64,000 nt of DNA. Source: an uncultured Holdemanella sp. Lineage in GTDB: Bacteria; Bacillota_I; Bacilli_A; Erysipelotrichales; Erysipelotrichaceae. The stretch covers positions 831-64,830 of the forward strand of contig NZ_CAKVMR010000003.1 in assembly GCF_934772795.1 (NCBI RefSeq). Reading direction: 5' to 3'. This document shows, piece by piece, positions 50,676 to 61,720 of the stretch. The translations under genes and the position numbers were made by a program. Under the pieces are notes generated by a model, which saw nothing but the letters and a program-made list of their open reading frames with translations, was not told where the DNA came from and did not search any database. Numbering within the stretch: position 1 is the first letter of the stretch; every line of letters begins with the position of its first letter.

Positions 50676-53090
50676 ATGCCACATCTATTTGAGTCTAAAG
50701 ATAGTTTTAAAGAAAGCTTTAAAGAAGCTGTTTCTGATGCCTATGGACGTGATTTTGAAGATACATATCCTGAAGAGAGATATATTGTCCTTGGTAACAT
50801 GATTCGTGATTTTGCCGGAGAGCATTGGAGAGAAACTAAAAATGCGATCAAGAAAACAGAATCAAAACAGCTTTATTATTTTTCTATGGAATTCTTGATG
50901 GGTCGTTTAATGACAAGTAACCTAATGAACTTAAATATTTATGATATTGTTAAAGATGGTTTAAAAGATTTGGGTATGGACATCAATGACATGGAAAACA
51001 TTGAAAGTGATGCAGGATTAGGAAATGGTGGTTTAGGAAGACTTGCCGCATGTTTCATGGATTCATTAGCATCTCTTGACTTACCAGGACATGGTAACTG
51101 TATTCGTTACCGTTATGGTTTATTCAAACAAAAAATTGAAAATAACCAACAGGTTGAATTACCAGACTGCTGGTTAAAGAATGGTAATGTTTGGGAAGTA
51201 TGGAAACCTCAACATGCCGTAAAAGTTAAATTTGGTGGTTACGTAGATGGATATATGGATGGATATGGAAAATTCCATGCACAACATCATCCAGACTTTG
51301 TAGTACGTGCCGTACCTTATGATGAACCAATCGTTGGATATCATACAACAACTACAAATACACTTCGTTTATGGGATGCAGAAGTTGATGAAGATTCTGT
51401 AAACTCAGGTGGATTAAATGAATACTTAAATCAAGTAACAGCTATTACAGCTAACGTATATCCTGATGATTCAACAATCGAAGGAAAACGTTTGCGTTTA
51501 ACACAAGAATATTTCTTCGTATGTGCTGGAATTGATCAAATTATTCGTTCACACTTACGTGTATATCCAAGCCTAGATAATTTAGGTGATAAAGTTGCGA
51601 TTCAGTTAAACGATACACACCCTGTTTTAGTTATTCCTGAATTAATGCGTGTATTATTGGATGATTACTTCTATGACTGGGATGATGCTTGGAATATCGT
51701 AACTAAGACTGTTGCGTATACAAACCACACAGTTATGGCAGAGGCACTTGAAAAATGGTCTCAAGACATGGTTCGTTCATTGTTGCCACGTCTATACATG
51801 ATCATTGAAGAAATCAACCGTCGTTTCAAATATGACGTAGATCACAGAGGATTATGTGGAATCTTCAACAATGTTTCTATTCTTAAAGAAGGACAAGTAC
51901 ACATGGCTAACTTGGCTGTTGTGGGTTCTCACAGTGTAAACGGTGTTGCGAAACTTCACTCTGAAATCTTAGTAAATGATGTATTCAAAGATTTTGTGAC
52001 AATTTATCCAAATAAATTCAACAATAAGACAAATGGTATTACACACCGTAGATGGTTATTGTTCTCAAACCCTCAATTGACTCAATTATTAGAAGAAACA
52101 ATTGGAGATGAGTTCAAGACAAATCCAGAAAAATTAGAAGATTTAATGGCACACGTTGAAGAAGAAGATTTACAAGCTAAATTCATGGATGTGAAATTAG
52201 AACGTAAAAAGATTTTGGCTGCCTATGTAAAAGAAAACTTAGGTATTGATATTGATGTGAATTCCATCTTTGATTGCCAAGCTAAACGTCTTCACGCATA
52301 CAAACGTCAATTATTAAATATCTTCCACGTTATGTATTTATACTTAAGAATGAAACAGGATCCTTCATTTAGAATTTACCCTCGTACATTCTTCTATTCT
52401 GCAAAAGCAGCAGCAAGTTATGATTTAGCGAAGGAAATCATTAAATTGATCAACATGGTTGCAGGTGTTGTGAATAATGATCCAGAAATCTCTAAATATA
52501 TGAAGGTTGTCTTCATTCCTAACTACTCAGTATCTATTGCTGAAATCTTATTAAATGCGGCCGATGTTTCTGAACAAATTTCTACAGCAGGTAAAGAAGC
52601 AAGTGGTACAGGAAACATGAAGTACATGATGAATGGCGCAATCACTCTTGGTACTCTTGATGGAGCTAACGTTGAAATCGTTGAGCGTGTTGGATACGAA
52701 AATGCTGAAATCTTTGGTTTACATGTAGAAGACATCAATGAACTTCGTCATGAAAACTCATATAATGCATGGAACTTATATAACAAAAGCTACAACATTC
52801 GTATGGTGGTTGATTCACTTAAGAATTGCACATGGTCAAATGATCCAAACGAATTCAAGTTGATCGACAACGACTTAATGATGCGTAATGATGAATTCTT
52901 TGTATTAGCTGACTTTGATGCTTATGTATATGCTCAAGAAAAAGTACAAGCACGTTACATGGACAAGAGTCGCTGGGCTAAGACAATGTTAGTCAACATC
53001 GCCAAATCAGGATACTTCTCAAGTGACCGTACAATTAGCGAATATGCTAAAGAAATCTGGGATTTAAAACCATTGTCATTTGAAGATTAA
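50676..53090 (+). CDS. glgP: glycogen/starch phosphorylase
   Basis: GLGNGGLGRLAACF, QLNDTHP, KRLHAYKRQ, EASGTGNMK. Confidence 0.96.
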   Translation: MPHLFESKDSFKESFKEAVSDAYGRDFEDTYPEERYIVLGNMIRDFAGEHWRETKNAIKKTESKQLYYFSMEFLMGRLMTSNLMNLNIYDIVKDGLKDLGMDINDMENIESDAGLGNGGLGRLAACFMDSLASLDLPGHGNCIRYRYGLFKQKIENNQQVELPDCWLKNGNVWEVWKPQHAVKVKFGGYVDGYMDGYGKFHAQHHPDFVVRAVPYDEPIVGYHTTTTNTLRLWDAEVDEDSVNSGGLNEYLNQVTAITANVYPDDSTIEGKRLRLTQEYFFVCAGIDQIIRSHLRVYPSLDNLGDKVAIQLNDTHPVLVIPELMRVLLDDYFYDWDDAWNIVTKTVAYTNHTVMAEALEKWSQDMVRSLLPRLYMIIEEINRRFKYDVDHRGLCGIFNNVSILKEGQVHMANLAVVGSHSVNGVAKLHSEILVNDVFKDFVTIYPNKFNNKTNGITHRRWLLFSNPQLTQLLEETIGDEFKTNPEKLEDLMAHVEEEDLQAKFMDVKLERKKILAAYVKENLGIDIDVNSIFDCQAKRLHAYKRQLLNIFHVMYLYLRMKQDPSFRIYPRTFFYSAKAAASYDLAKEIIKLINMVAGVVNNDPEISKYMKVVFIPNYSVSIAEILLNAADVSEQISTAGKEASGTGNMKYMMNGAITLGTLDGANVEIVERVGYENAEIFGLHVEDINELRHENSYNAWNLYNKSYNIRMVVDSLKNCTWSNDPNEFKLIDNDLMMRNDEFFVLADFDAYVYAQEKVQARYMDKSRWAKTMLVNIAKSGYFSSDRTISEYAKEIWDLKPLSFED

Positions 53091-53157
53091 TTCAAAAAAC
53101 AGATCATATTTACCGAACAAAGGTGATATGATCTTTTTTTCGTGATAGAATTGTTGT

Positions 53158-54246
53158 ATGAACGAAATTCTTTTTGCGGAAATCTATTATATATGTGTAG
53201 CTATCATGCTGATTTTAGGATTTAAAACCTATCGTTCTATGATGAAAAATACTCAAAAAGTCAGCTTTTTAGCTGTTGTCATTTTACATATATTATATTT
53301 TCAAACCGATTTAGTCCGAATGACGACAAATAGTCAGGACCTATTTCTAAATGAAATGTGCTTCCTGTTCTTTTCGTTATGTACACTTGCATGGTTTAAC
53401 TATATTCAGACAATGCTTGATATTCATTATGCAAAGAAATCGCAAACGTTATTCGCAATGATTCCTGTGGTCGCAAGCGTTGTCCTTTTACTTGTGAATA
53501 CATTGAATGGCTGTTTATTTCAAATCGATTCATATGGAAATTTTCGAGAAGGACCACTCTATATTTTGTATGTATTTATAAACGATCTCTATTTTATGGT
53601 TGGAGCTTATCAAGCTTATATTTATAGTCATAGGGCTAAGAATTATCAACAAAAGAAATCGAATCAGATATTAGGCATTTATATGGTGTCACTATTGTTG
53701 ATTGGCACAATGCAAGATTTTTTCCGTGATATTCCTATTTTCTGCGTAGGAACCAGTCTTAGTATATTGATCGTATACATTAGTTTAGAAGAACAAATGA
53801 TTTCTATTGACCCATTAACCCAATTAAACAACCGCAATCGTATGGAACAGCATTTGTTTGAATGTGTAAGAAGTCAAGATGTAAATATGCATTTGTTGGT
53901 GCTGGATGTGAATCGATTCAAAAAGATCAACGATGAGCATGGACATGCTCAAGGTGACTTAGCACTAAAATCCATTGCGAATTGTTTAAAAGAATCCTGC
54001 ATTGAAAAGAGTGATTTTATTGCTCGTTATGGTGGGGATGAATTTGTGATTGTCTATAAGGGGAATGATGTAGAAGGTTTATGCCAAAGAATTCATGATT
54101 CGATTCAAAAATTAGCTTTTCCATTTGATCTAGATGTGAGTATTGGTTGCGCACCATATCATAAGGGTATACATAAATGGAGTGATTGGTTTATTGAAGC
54201 GGATAAACAACTATATAATGAAAAGAAGAAATTAAAAGACCGGTAA
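53158..54246 (+). CDS. membrane-bound diguanylate cyclase (GGDEF)
   Basis: Multiple TMs; DPLTQLNNR, FKKINDEHGH, RYGGDEF. Confidence 0.9.
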   Translation: MNEILFAEIYYICVAIMLILGFKTYRSMMKNTQKVSFLAVVILHILYFQTDLVRMTTNSQDLFLNEMCFLFFSLCTLAWFNYIQTMLDIHYAKKSQTLFAMIPVVASVVLLLVNTLNGCLFQIDSYGNFREGPLYILYVFINDLYFMVGAYQAYIYSHRAKNYQQKKSNQILGIYMVSLLLIGTMQDFFRDIPIFCVGTSLSILIVYISLEEQMISIDPLTQLNNRNRMEQHLFECVRSQDVNMHLLVLDVNRFKKINDEHGHAQGDLALKSIANCLKESCIEKSDFIARYGGDEFVIVYKGNDVEGLCQRIHDSIQKLAFPFDLDVSIGCAPYHKGIHKWSDWFIEADKQLYNEKKKLKDR

Positions 54247-54254
54247 TCCGGTCT

Positions 54255-54893
54255 TTATTCATTCCAGGCAATTGCTCGTATTGGTGAGCCATCGCTATCT
54301 TTGATTTTAAGTGGGAAACAACTAAACCAAAACAAATCCTCTCCACATTGATCTAAGTTAGCAAGGTTTTCGATATTCACAATATCTGTATCTTTAAATA
54401 ATGCTTTGTGTCGAGTCAAATTTTCATCATGTATGGGATCCAATCCGATCACATCAAAGCCAATACCTTTAAAATTTCCTTGAAGTATGAATTCTAATAC
54501 TTCTTCATCAATACAAGGATAGTCATTAAAATAAGTGTCTTTCTTCCAACGTTTGTCCCAACCAAGATTAAAGAGGAGAAAATCGGCCGATTTGGCTTTA
54601 ACCATATTGATTTTATCGGTTGTGATGGCTTGTCCTTCCTTTAAATCTCTACAATCTACAACTAAAGCTTTACCGATGAATTGTTCTGGTGAAAATTGAT
54701 CCAATGTGGTGCGATTTTCATAAATATGGGCTGGTGGATCCATATGCGTTCCGACATGAGAACAAATTTGGATGCATGTTTCTTTAAATCCATCTTTTGA
54801 ATACGTATTGACTGTAGTGAGTTTAGGTTTTTCTGTACCCGGATAAACTGGCATATCTTCTGAAATGGTATGTGTTAAATCGATGACTTTCAT
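54255..54893 (-). CDS. cyclase-family metal hydrolase (kynurenine formamidase-like)
   Basis: DLTHTI..MPVYPG, HVGTHMDPPAH, ENLANL, DGSPIRA. Confidence 0.88.
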   Translation of the reverse strand: MKVIDLTHTISEDMPVYPGTEKPKLTTVNTYSKDGFKETCIQICSHVGTHMDPPAHIYENRTTLDQFSPEQFIGKALVVDCRDLKEGQAITTDKINMVKAKSADFLLFNLGWDKRWKKDTYFNDYPCIDEEVLEFILQGNFKGIGFDVIGLDPIHDENLTRHKALFKDTDIVNIENLANLDQCGEDLFWFSCFPLKIKDSDGSPIRAIAWNE

Positions 54894-54968
54894 AAGGTAC
54901 CTCCTTATGATTATTTAACCACAATTCTATCTGTATTGTGTTAAAATTATAAGTACAGGTGATGAATT

Positions 54969-56105
54969 ATGAAAAGAATATTATTATTAGGAGCTACAGG
55001 CTCTATCGGTTTACAAACAGTGGATGTGATTGAACAACATCCAGACCAATTTTGTCTAGTTGGTATTGCGGCTGGACATCAAGCAGATGTAATGCAGAAA
55101 ATCATTGATAAACATCCAACCATTCAGGTGGCTGGTATTTCAGATGTTTCTAAGGCTAAAGAATTAAGTGGCGTTACTGTGTATAGTGGTGATGAAGCCA
55201 TGGTTCAATGTATTGAAAACTGTGAATACGATTTGTTGGTGAATGCTGTTGTTGGATTTAGAGGTTTAAAACCGACACTTACATCCTTAAAGAAAGGGAT
55301 CGATGTGGCATTGGCCAATAAAGAAAGCTTGGTTGCGGGTGGTGTTTTGGTGCGTCAGACATTGCAGGAAACAAACACCAAACTATATCCAATTGATTCA
55401 GAACACTCTGCCATCTTCCAATCTTTGCAGGGAAATCAAAGTGTTGATGTGAAGCGCTTAATTATTACGGCAAGTGGTGGTAGTTTTAGAGATAAGACAA
55501 GGGATGAGTTAAGTGATGTAACAGTAGAACAGACTTTAAAACATCCAAACTGGAATATGGGAAAACGAATCACTGTGGATAGTGCGACTATGGTGAATAA
55601 AGGTTTTGAAGTGATTGAGGCACACTATTTATTTGATTTGCCTTATGAAAAAATTGATACGGTATTGCACCGTCAAAGCATTGTGCATTCTATGGTTGAA
55701 TACAATGACAACGCAATTATTGCACAACTTGGATCTGCTGATATGCGTTTACCAATTCAATATGCGTTATGTTATCCTGATCGTCCGGTATTAAAGGAGG
55801 ATCATCCTTTGGATATGACAAAAACAATGGATTTGAACTTTAAAGAAATGGATTATGTTCGTTATCCGATGTTGAAGTTAGCATATTCCATTGGTAAAAA
55901 AGAAGGAAATCTAGGTGCTGTATTTAATGGAGCGGATGAACAGGCGGTACAGCTTTTCTTAGATAAAAAGATTTCATTTCTACAAATTGAAGAAAGTATT
56001 GAACAAGCTTGTAAGCAGGCAGAATATATTGAAAACCCTACAATTGAACAATTAGAAGCAACGGATGCATGGGCGCGAAAGTTTGTTGTGGAATATTGGG
56101 ACTAG
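54969..56105 (+). CDS. dxr: 1-deoxy-D-xylulose-5-phosphate reductoisomerase
   Basis: LGATGSIG, LANKESLV, PIDSEHSAIFQ, HPNWNMG, DSATMVNKGFE. Confidence 0.96.
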   Translation: MKRILLLGATGSIGLQTVDVIEQHPDQFCLVGIAAGHQADVMQKIIDKHPTIQVAGISDVSKAKELSGVTVYSGDEAMVQCIENCEYDLLVNAVVGFRGLKPTLTSLKKGIDVALANKESLVAGGVLVRQTLQETNTKLYPIDSEHSAIFQSLQGNQSVDVKRLIITASGGSFRDKTRDELSDVTVEQTLKHPNWNMGKRITVDSATMVNKGFEVIEAHYLFDLPYEKIDTVLHRQSIVHSMVEYNDNAIIAQLGSADMRLPIQYALCYPDRPVLKEDHPLDMTKTMDLNFKEMDYVRYPMLKLAYSIGKKEGNLGAVFNGADEQAVQLFLDKKISFLQIEESIEQACKQAEYIENPTIEQLEATDAWARKFVVEYWD

Positions 56106-56132
56106 ACCAATTGATATTTTGGGAGTAAAATA

Positions 56133-57692
56133 GTGAAATGGAATGGAGGGTTTGTCGTGAATAAAGCAAAAGTTTATTGTGTCGCAAGTGCTGTAGCAGT
56201 TTGTGTGGCTTCAAATCCAAATATGGATGTGCTTGCCAAACAAGTACAGCCAGTAAAATTAGAAGAAAAAGCCCAACAGACAATTACTGCCGATGATTTT
56301 ATCAAACAATATTTGAGTACAAAAGAAATTGTTAAAGATAGTACAAATAAAGATGTAGAAAAATATACATTGATCACTAAGGTGGATGAAAAGAATTATT
56401 CTTTCGTATTAGCAGGAGATCAATTGTTTAAAGTCTTGACTAAAGAAAACCAGGATCAAATCAAAAAAGCTTATGAAGATGCATATAGTAAAACAGGTAT
56501 GAAAAAAGCTGAAGGATGTAATTTAAGTGCATATGATATTATTGTAGCTGAGGCAAATACGTTGATCATAAACGCTAAAAACGCATTGGATTCATCTTTA
56601 AAGGATGCACAAAGTTTAGATTCTACAATCTTTACTGCAAATAGCTATGCCACTTTAAAAACAGTGATGGATGAATCAAGTCAATTGCTTGGATCTACAA
56701 CTTCAACTTTAGAACAATTAACGTTAGAATTGTCTAAGTTAGATGGTGCAAAAAAAGCATTGATCAATATTTCTGGTTTAAAAGCTATCGTAGATCAATC
56801 AAGTACATATGGTAAAGATAGCTATACGACTCGTAGCTATACTGCATATGAAACAAGTTTGAATGAAGCTAAAAAGGTATTAGAGAATGGTGCAAGTACT
56901 GTTGAAGATATCACAAAGGCACAGTCTGCTTTAAATGCGGCAGCTACTTCTTTAGTTAAAAAAGCGGATTTTTCTAAGTTGAATGAAACAGTACAGGAAG
57001 CCAGTGAAGTCTTAGAATCGGATAAGGACATGCTTGAAGAAGAGTCTTATAATAACTTCAAGAAAGAATTGGATGCTTGTAGTCTTGTACTTTCAAATGA
57101 TGAGTCAACACAAGAAAAGATAGATGAGACATTAGCGCATTTAAATGCGTATTTAGAAGATAATTCAAACTTTGTATACAAGGTGGTTACTTTAGAAGAA
57201 AAGGTTGCACCAAAAGTAGAAGCAAGCAATGAATTACTAGCACAAACACCAATTGTACAAGAACAGCCTCAAGTTGTGGTTCCAACTGTAGAAACAAAAA
57301 ATGTGGAAGCTGCAAAAGTAGAAACTGTAGTCAAACAAGAGGTTACAAGTACGGCAGCGGATAATTTCATTAAGACATATTTAACGAGTGCAAGTGGAAA
57401 TATCTTTACAAGTGCTAATAATTTGAATTATCAAAAGATCCTTTCTGCGATGCCTAGCTGGGTAAAATTATCTACAGCGGATAAAAATGCAGTCAATGCA
57501 GAATTAGTGAATAAGGTTGGTAAAAAATATCAACGTTTATTGCAGGAAGCACAAAAATTTAGTATGAGTGCAGGAAAGTATACACCTGTAAACACATCAA
57601 CAAACACAAATGTATCGATCTATTCATGGTTATGTATGATGTCTTTGGGGGCATTAACATTTGCACTAAAACGTTTAAGAAAACAAGATTAA
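56133..57692 (+). CDS. secreted/surface protein with FIVAR-like helical repeats and C-terminal TM anchor
   Basis: Signal-like N-terminus; repeated YT..SY..L...L.EA..VL units; C-terminal hydrophobic segment plus basic tail. Confidence 0.65.
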   Translation: MKWNGGFVVNKAKVYCVASAVAVCVASNPNMDVLAKQVQPVKLEEKAQQTITADDFIKQYLSTKEIVKDSTNKDVEKYTLITKVDEKNYSFVLAGDQLFKVLTKENQDQIKKAYEDAYSKTGMKKAEGCNLSAYDIIVAEANTLIINAKNALDSSLKDAQSLDSTIFTANSYATLKTVMDESSQLLGSTTSTLEQLTLELSKLDGAKKALINISGLKAIVDQSSTYGKDSYTTRSYTAYETSLNEAKKVLENGASTVEDITKAQSALNAAATSLVKKADFSKLNETVQEASEVLESDKDMLEEESYNNFKKELDACSLVLSNDESTQEKIDETLAHLNAYLEDNSNFVYKVVTLEEKVAPKVEASNELLAQTPIVQEQPQVVVPTVETKNVEAAKVETVVKQEVTSTAADNFIKTYLTSASGNIFTSANNLNYQKILSAMPSWVKLSTADKNAVNAELVNKVGKKYQRLLQEAQKFSMSAGKYTPVNTSTNTNVSIYSWLCMMSLGALTFALKRLRKQD

Positions 57693-57757
57693 GGGCTATG
57701 GCCCTTTTTTTCATGTCCAAAAATTGTTATAATAACGAAAGAAAGGCTTATGATTTT

Positions 57758-59269
57758 ATGAAACAACAGAAATACAATTTTAAAGATCTAACTCTAGCAT
57801 ACTTTCAAAAAAAATCGAAATTGTATCGTGCAGGCGGATATAAATATGCTACTCCATTAAAGCGAAATCTAAGAGATTACCAAAATCACTTCTTTGCGTT
57901 TTTGATGGATGTCAACATTTGTTTGTTGCCTGTTTATATATGGGTTCTTGAGTTTTTATTAATTATGTGTGGATTGATTCCACCGCACTTCTTTGATTTA
58001 TTATTCTATTTAATGTTTGCCTTGTTGTTTGTATCTAGCGTATTATTGCTTGCGTTTTTTACAGCACGAACAAATGGGCAGTCATTTGGATATGCCATTA
58101 TGGATTTGAAATTGGTTCGTAGAAACAAAAAAGAGGCAATGCCAATCAATTTGATTTTACGACAAGCATTGGGATTTGGTCTTCCCTTGATGATTTTAGG
58201 ATTCTTCTTTCAAGTGCCAGGCGTCATCTTATGGTGGCTCATCAATGGTATTGTTGTCTTGATCACGCCAAACCAACAAACTCTATTTGATTTGATTTTT
58301 GGTTTGGTTCCAGTGAATGAACCCGATCAGGAAATTCGTTTTGAAACAAAAGTAGAACCAGCTTTAGTAAAAGAAGAATTGGTTGTAACACCAATCGATT
58401 TACATATTCGTTCAAACTACAGCGATGATGGTTATTATGATGTAGAAGAATTATTCAAACAAGCCAAAGAAAATCACTTGGAAGTTATCTCAATCACAGA
58501 CCATAACTGTGCAAGAGCGAATGCGGCAGCGGTTCGTTTTTCAAATTTGTACAACATTCAATATATTCCAGGCGTGGAAGTGGATGCACAATATAAAAGA
58601 ATGCGAGTACGTATTCTAGGTTATTATATTGACTGGACGAATGAAGTGTTTGAAGTGTTAGAACAAAATTCTTTAAAGCGTGAAAAAGATTTATCAATGG
58701 AGCGTGTTGAAAAATTCGAAAATTACTCAGGCATTCGTATTGATGTAGATTCATTAATTTCAAATTCTCGTTTCCAAACGATTACACCAGCTGAAATCAC
58801 AAAGATGGTGTTCCATAACGAAAGAACGCGTTTATTGCCTTTTGTGAAGAAGTATATTGATAGCTGTGAAAGTGAGAGTGTTGCGATGTCTCGTTTTGAA
58901 ACGGATGTATTTGGAAAGAATGGACCTTGTTATGTAAAGGCTAACTATCCGGATGCGAAAGCGGTGATTGATGCGATCCACAGTGCTGGAGGTATTGCGA
59001 TTTTATCAAGCTGGCACTTAGACTATATTTCAGATGATGTTCTAGAAGAAATTGTGGATTTAGGCATGGATGGAGTGGAATGTTTCTCTAATGATATTCA
59101 TGAACAAACCATTGCGGCGGCATTAAAAATTGTTCAAAAGCGTAAATTATTCGTATCTTGTGGTAGTGATTATCATGGTCCTACTAAGCCAAAATACCAT
59201 ATGGGTGTTTCAAATTGTCCTGAAAAGGCTTTGCCGTTGGTAAAAATTTTGACAAAAGCTGCGAAATAA
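57758..59269 (+). CDS. RDD-domain membrane protein fused to PHP-domain phosphoesterase
   Basis: GQSFG..IMDLKLV RDD motif; DLH..SNYSDDG, ITDHN, PGVE, GSDYHG. Confidence 0.75.
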   Translation: MKQQKYNFKDLTLAYFQKKSKLYRAGGYKYATPLKRNLRDYQNHFFAFLMDVNICLLPVYIWVLEFLLIMCGLIPPHFFDLLFYLMFALLFVSSVLLLAFFTARTNGQSFGYAIMDLKLVRRNKKEAMPINLILRQALGFGLPLMILGFFFQVPGVILWWLINGIVVLITPNQQTLFDLIFGLVPVNEPDQEIRFETKVEPALVKEELVVTPIDLHIRSNYSDDGYYDVEELFKQAKENHLEVISITDHNCARANAAAVRFSNLYNIQYIPGVEVDAQYKRMRVRILGYYIDWTNEVFEVLEQNSLKREKDLSMERVEKFENYSGIRIDVDSLISNSRFQTITPAEITKMVFHNERTRLLPFVKKYIDSCESESVAMSRFETDVFGKNGPCYVKANYPDAKAVIDAIHSAGGIAILSSWHLDYISDDVLEEIVDLGMDGVECFSNDIHEQTIAAALKIVQKRKLFVSCGSDYHGPTKPKYHMGVSNCPEKALPLVKILTKAAK

Positions 59270-59319
59270 ATTTGCTCAAAATACGTTTTATAGCGTATAA
59301 TAAACAAGTCAATAAGCTT

Positions 59320-59521
59320 AGAAAAGAAGAGTATTTATATGGCGTACTAAAGAGAGCGGATGGTTTGGTGTGAATCTGCGTACAATATATAGAGAAGATG
59401 GTCTTGGAGCTTCTTTATCGATAGGTAGGTAAAGACGTATGCTGGCGTTAACAGCTTGAGGTGTGAAAACACAAACTAAGGTGGTACCACGAAGCTTTCG
59501 TCCTTGGATGAAGGCTTTTTT
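59320..59521 (+). promoter_or_regulatory. T-box riboswitch (Met specifier) with terminator
   Basis: AGAGA and GGTGTGAA stem I motifs, ATG specifier at 59398-59400, T-box AAGGTGGTACCACG at 59478-59491, terminator AAGCTTTCGTCC/GGATGAAGGCTT plus T run; upstream of metG. Confidence 0.9.
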
Positions 59522-59541
59522 AATTTGTAGGATAGGAGGAA

Positions 59542-61485
59542 ATGAAGATGACACAAAAGAAAGAACCATTTTATTTAACAACGGCCATTGCGTATACATC
59601 AGGTAGACCTCACATTGGGAATACATATGAAATTATCTTGTCGGATGCGATTGCTCGTTTTAAAAGAGCACAAGGATACGATGTATTCTTTCAAACAGGT
59701 ACAGATGAGCATGGTGTAAAAATTGAAGAAAAGGCAAAAGCCGCAGGTGTAAGTCCACAAGAATTCGTAGATGGTGTGGCTGCTCAAATTAAATCAAACT
59801 GGGATTTAATGAACACAAGCTATGATTATTTTGTACGTACTACAGATGATTATCATGTAAAAGAAGTACAAAGCATTTTTAAACGTTTATATGATCAAGG
59901 CGATATCTATAAAGGAACTTATGAAGGATGGTATTGTACGCCTTGTGAATCATTCTGGACAGAATCTCAATTGGTAGATGGATGTTGCCCAGATTGTGGT
60001 CGTCCAGTTAAGAAGGCGAAAGAAGAAGCTTACTTCTTTAATATGCAAAAGTATGCAGATCGCTTGATCAAATATATTGAAGATCATCCTGATTTCATTC
60101 AACCAGAATCTCGTAAGAATGAAATGCTGAATAACTTCTTGCGTCCAGGATTACAAGATCTTTGTGTATCTCGTACATCATTTACATGGGGAGTTCCTGT
60201 TGACTTTGATCCAAAACACGTTGTATACGTTTGGATTGATGCATTAAGCAACTATATCACTACACTTGGCTATCATGCCAATGGTGAAAGTGATGAAAAG
60301 TTTAAAAAATATTGGCCAGCTACTCACATTATTGGTAAAGATATTTTGCGTTTCCACACAATCTATTGGCCAATTATTTTAATGGCTTTGGATTTACCTT
60401 TACCTAAGAAAGTATTTGGTCATCCATGGTTACTTACTGGAAGTGACAAAATGTCTAAATCAAAAGGGAATGTGATTTATGCCGAAGATTTAGTAGCTCA
60501 CTTTGGTGTAGATGCTGTTCGTTACTATTGTTTACACGAAATGCCATTTGCACAAGATGGAACGATTACTTGGGAATTGATGATTGAAAGAATCAATTCA
60601 GACTTGGCAAACATTTTAGGAAACTTAGTATCTCGTACAATTGCGATGTCAAATAAATACTTTGGTGGTTTAGTCACAAATCCAAATGTATGTGAACCAG
60701 TGGATGAAGAATTAAAAGCTTGTGCTTTAGAAACGAAGAAGAAAGTTGAAGCTAAGATGGAAGAACTTCGTGTTGGTGATGCATTAGATGAAGTATTCAC
60801 ATTGCTTCGTCGTACAAATAAGTATATTGATGAAACAATGCCTTGGGTACTTGCGAAGGATGAAACAAAACAAGATCGTTTAGCTACAGTTTTATATAAC
60901 TTATTAGAATCTATTCGTATTTCAGCTGTATTGTTGCACTCATTCTTACCTGAAACTGCAGATAAGATGTTCGCATATTTAAATACAAAAGTAACGGATT
61001 TAGATTCTTGTGAATCTTTTGGAAACTTAGAAACAGATATTCATGTCGTTGAAAAGTGTGAACCATTGTTTGCGCGTATCGATGAAAAGAAATTCATGGA
61101 AGAATTCAATAAAGAAAAAGAGGCAGCTAAAAAAGAAGCACCTAAAAAAGAAGAAAAAGTAGAAGAAGTCACAATTGATGATTTTGCGAAACTACAATTC
61201 AAAGTAGGTACGATCGTGAAGTGTGAACCACATCCAAAGGCAGATCGCTTATTGGTTGAACAAGTTGATTTGGGTGGTGAAGTTCGTCAAATCGTGAGTG
61301 GTATTGCGAAACACTACAAACCAGAAGAATTGATTGGAAAACAGGTTGTTGTTGTGACAAACTTAAAACCAGTTAAATTACGTGGTGTAGAATCAAATGG
61401 TATGATTTTGTGTGCTACAGATGAGAAAGACTTGTCATTTGTCACAGTCGCAAAAGAAATGCCTAATGGCGTAACTGTTCGCTAA
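59542..61485 (+). CDS. metG: methionyl-tRNA synthetase
   Basis: HIGN, TGTDEHG, YVWIDAL, KMSKS, C-terminal tRNA-binding domain. Confidence 0.97.
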   Translation: MKMTQKKEPFYLTTAIAYTSGRPHIGNTYEIILSDAIARFKRAQGYDVFFQTGTDEHGVKIEEKAKAAGVSPQEFVDGVAAQIKSNWDLMNTSYDYFVRTTDDYHVKEVQSIFKRLYDQGDIYKGTYEGWYCTPCESFWTESQLVDGCCPDCGRPVKKAKEEAYFFNMQKYADRLIKYIEDHPDFIQPESRKNEMLNNFLRPGLQDLCVSRTSFTWGVPVDFDPKHVVYVWIDALSNYITTLGYHANGESDEKFKKYWPATHIIGKDILRFHTIYWPIILMALDLPLPKKVFGHPWLLTGSDKMSKSKGNVIYAEDLVAHFGVDAVRYYCLHEMPFAQDGTITWELMIERINSDLANILGNLVSRTIAMSNKYFGGLVTNPNVCEPVDEELKACALETKKKVEAKMEELRVGDALDEVFTLLRRTNKYIDETMPWVLAKDETKQDRLATVLYNLLESIRISAVLLHSFLPETADKMFAYLNTKVTDLDSCESFGNLETDIHVVEKCEPLFARIDEKKFMEEFNKEKEAAKKEAPKKEEKVEEVTIDDFAKLQFKVGTIVKCEPHPKADRLLVEQVDLGGEVRQIVSGIAKHYKPEELIGKQVVVVTNLKPVKLRGVESNGMILCATDEKDLSFVTVAKEMPNGVTVR

Positions 61486-61667
61486 TGAATGATAAACAAA
61501 AGGTTGTTTTTAAACAATTACAGCTTGCTGGACTTGGCATTGTCGTCTTTGTGTTTGGCTTGTTGTATCAAGAAAAAGCGATTTCTATTATTGGAATCGT
61601 GATCTTGATCTTTGGCTTATTAAGAACCTACTACATAAAAAAAGTGATTGATAAATTGGATGAGTAA
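61485..61667 (+). CDS. small two-TM membrane protein
   Basis: Coupled to metG stop; two hydrophobic helices. Confidence 0.65.
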   Translation: MNDKQKVVFKQLQLAGLGIVVFVFGLLYQEKAISIIGIVILIFGLLRTYYIKKVIDKLDE

Positions 61668-61720
61668 ATAAAATCTCATCCTTTTTTTGTGCAAAATAAA
61701 AAGGCGATTGCTCGCCTTGA

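Noticed and set aside
59318..59626. Minus-strand 102-aa ORF
   Set aside because: Antisense to the T-box leader and metG start; a shadow ORF like most short overlapping ORFs in the track.
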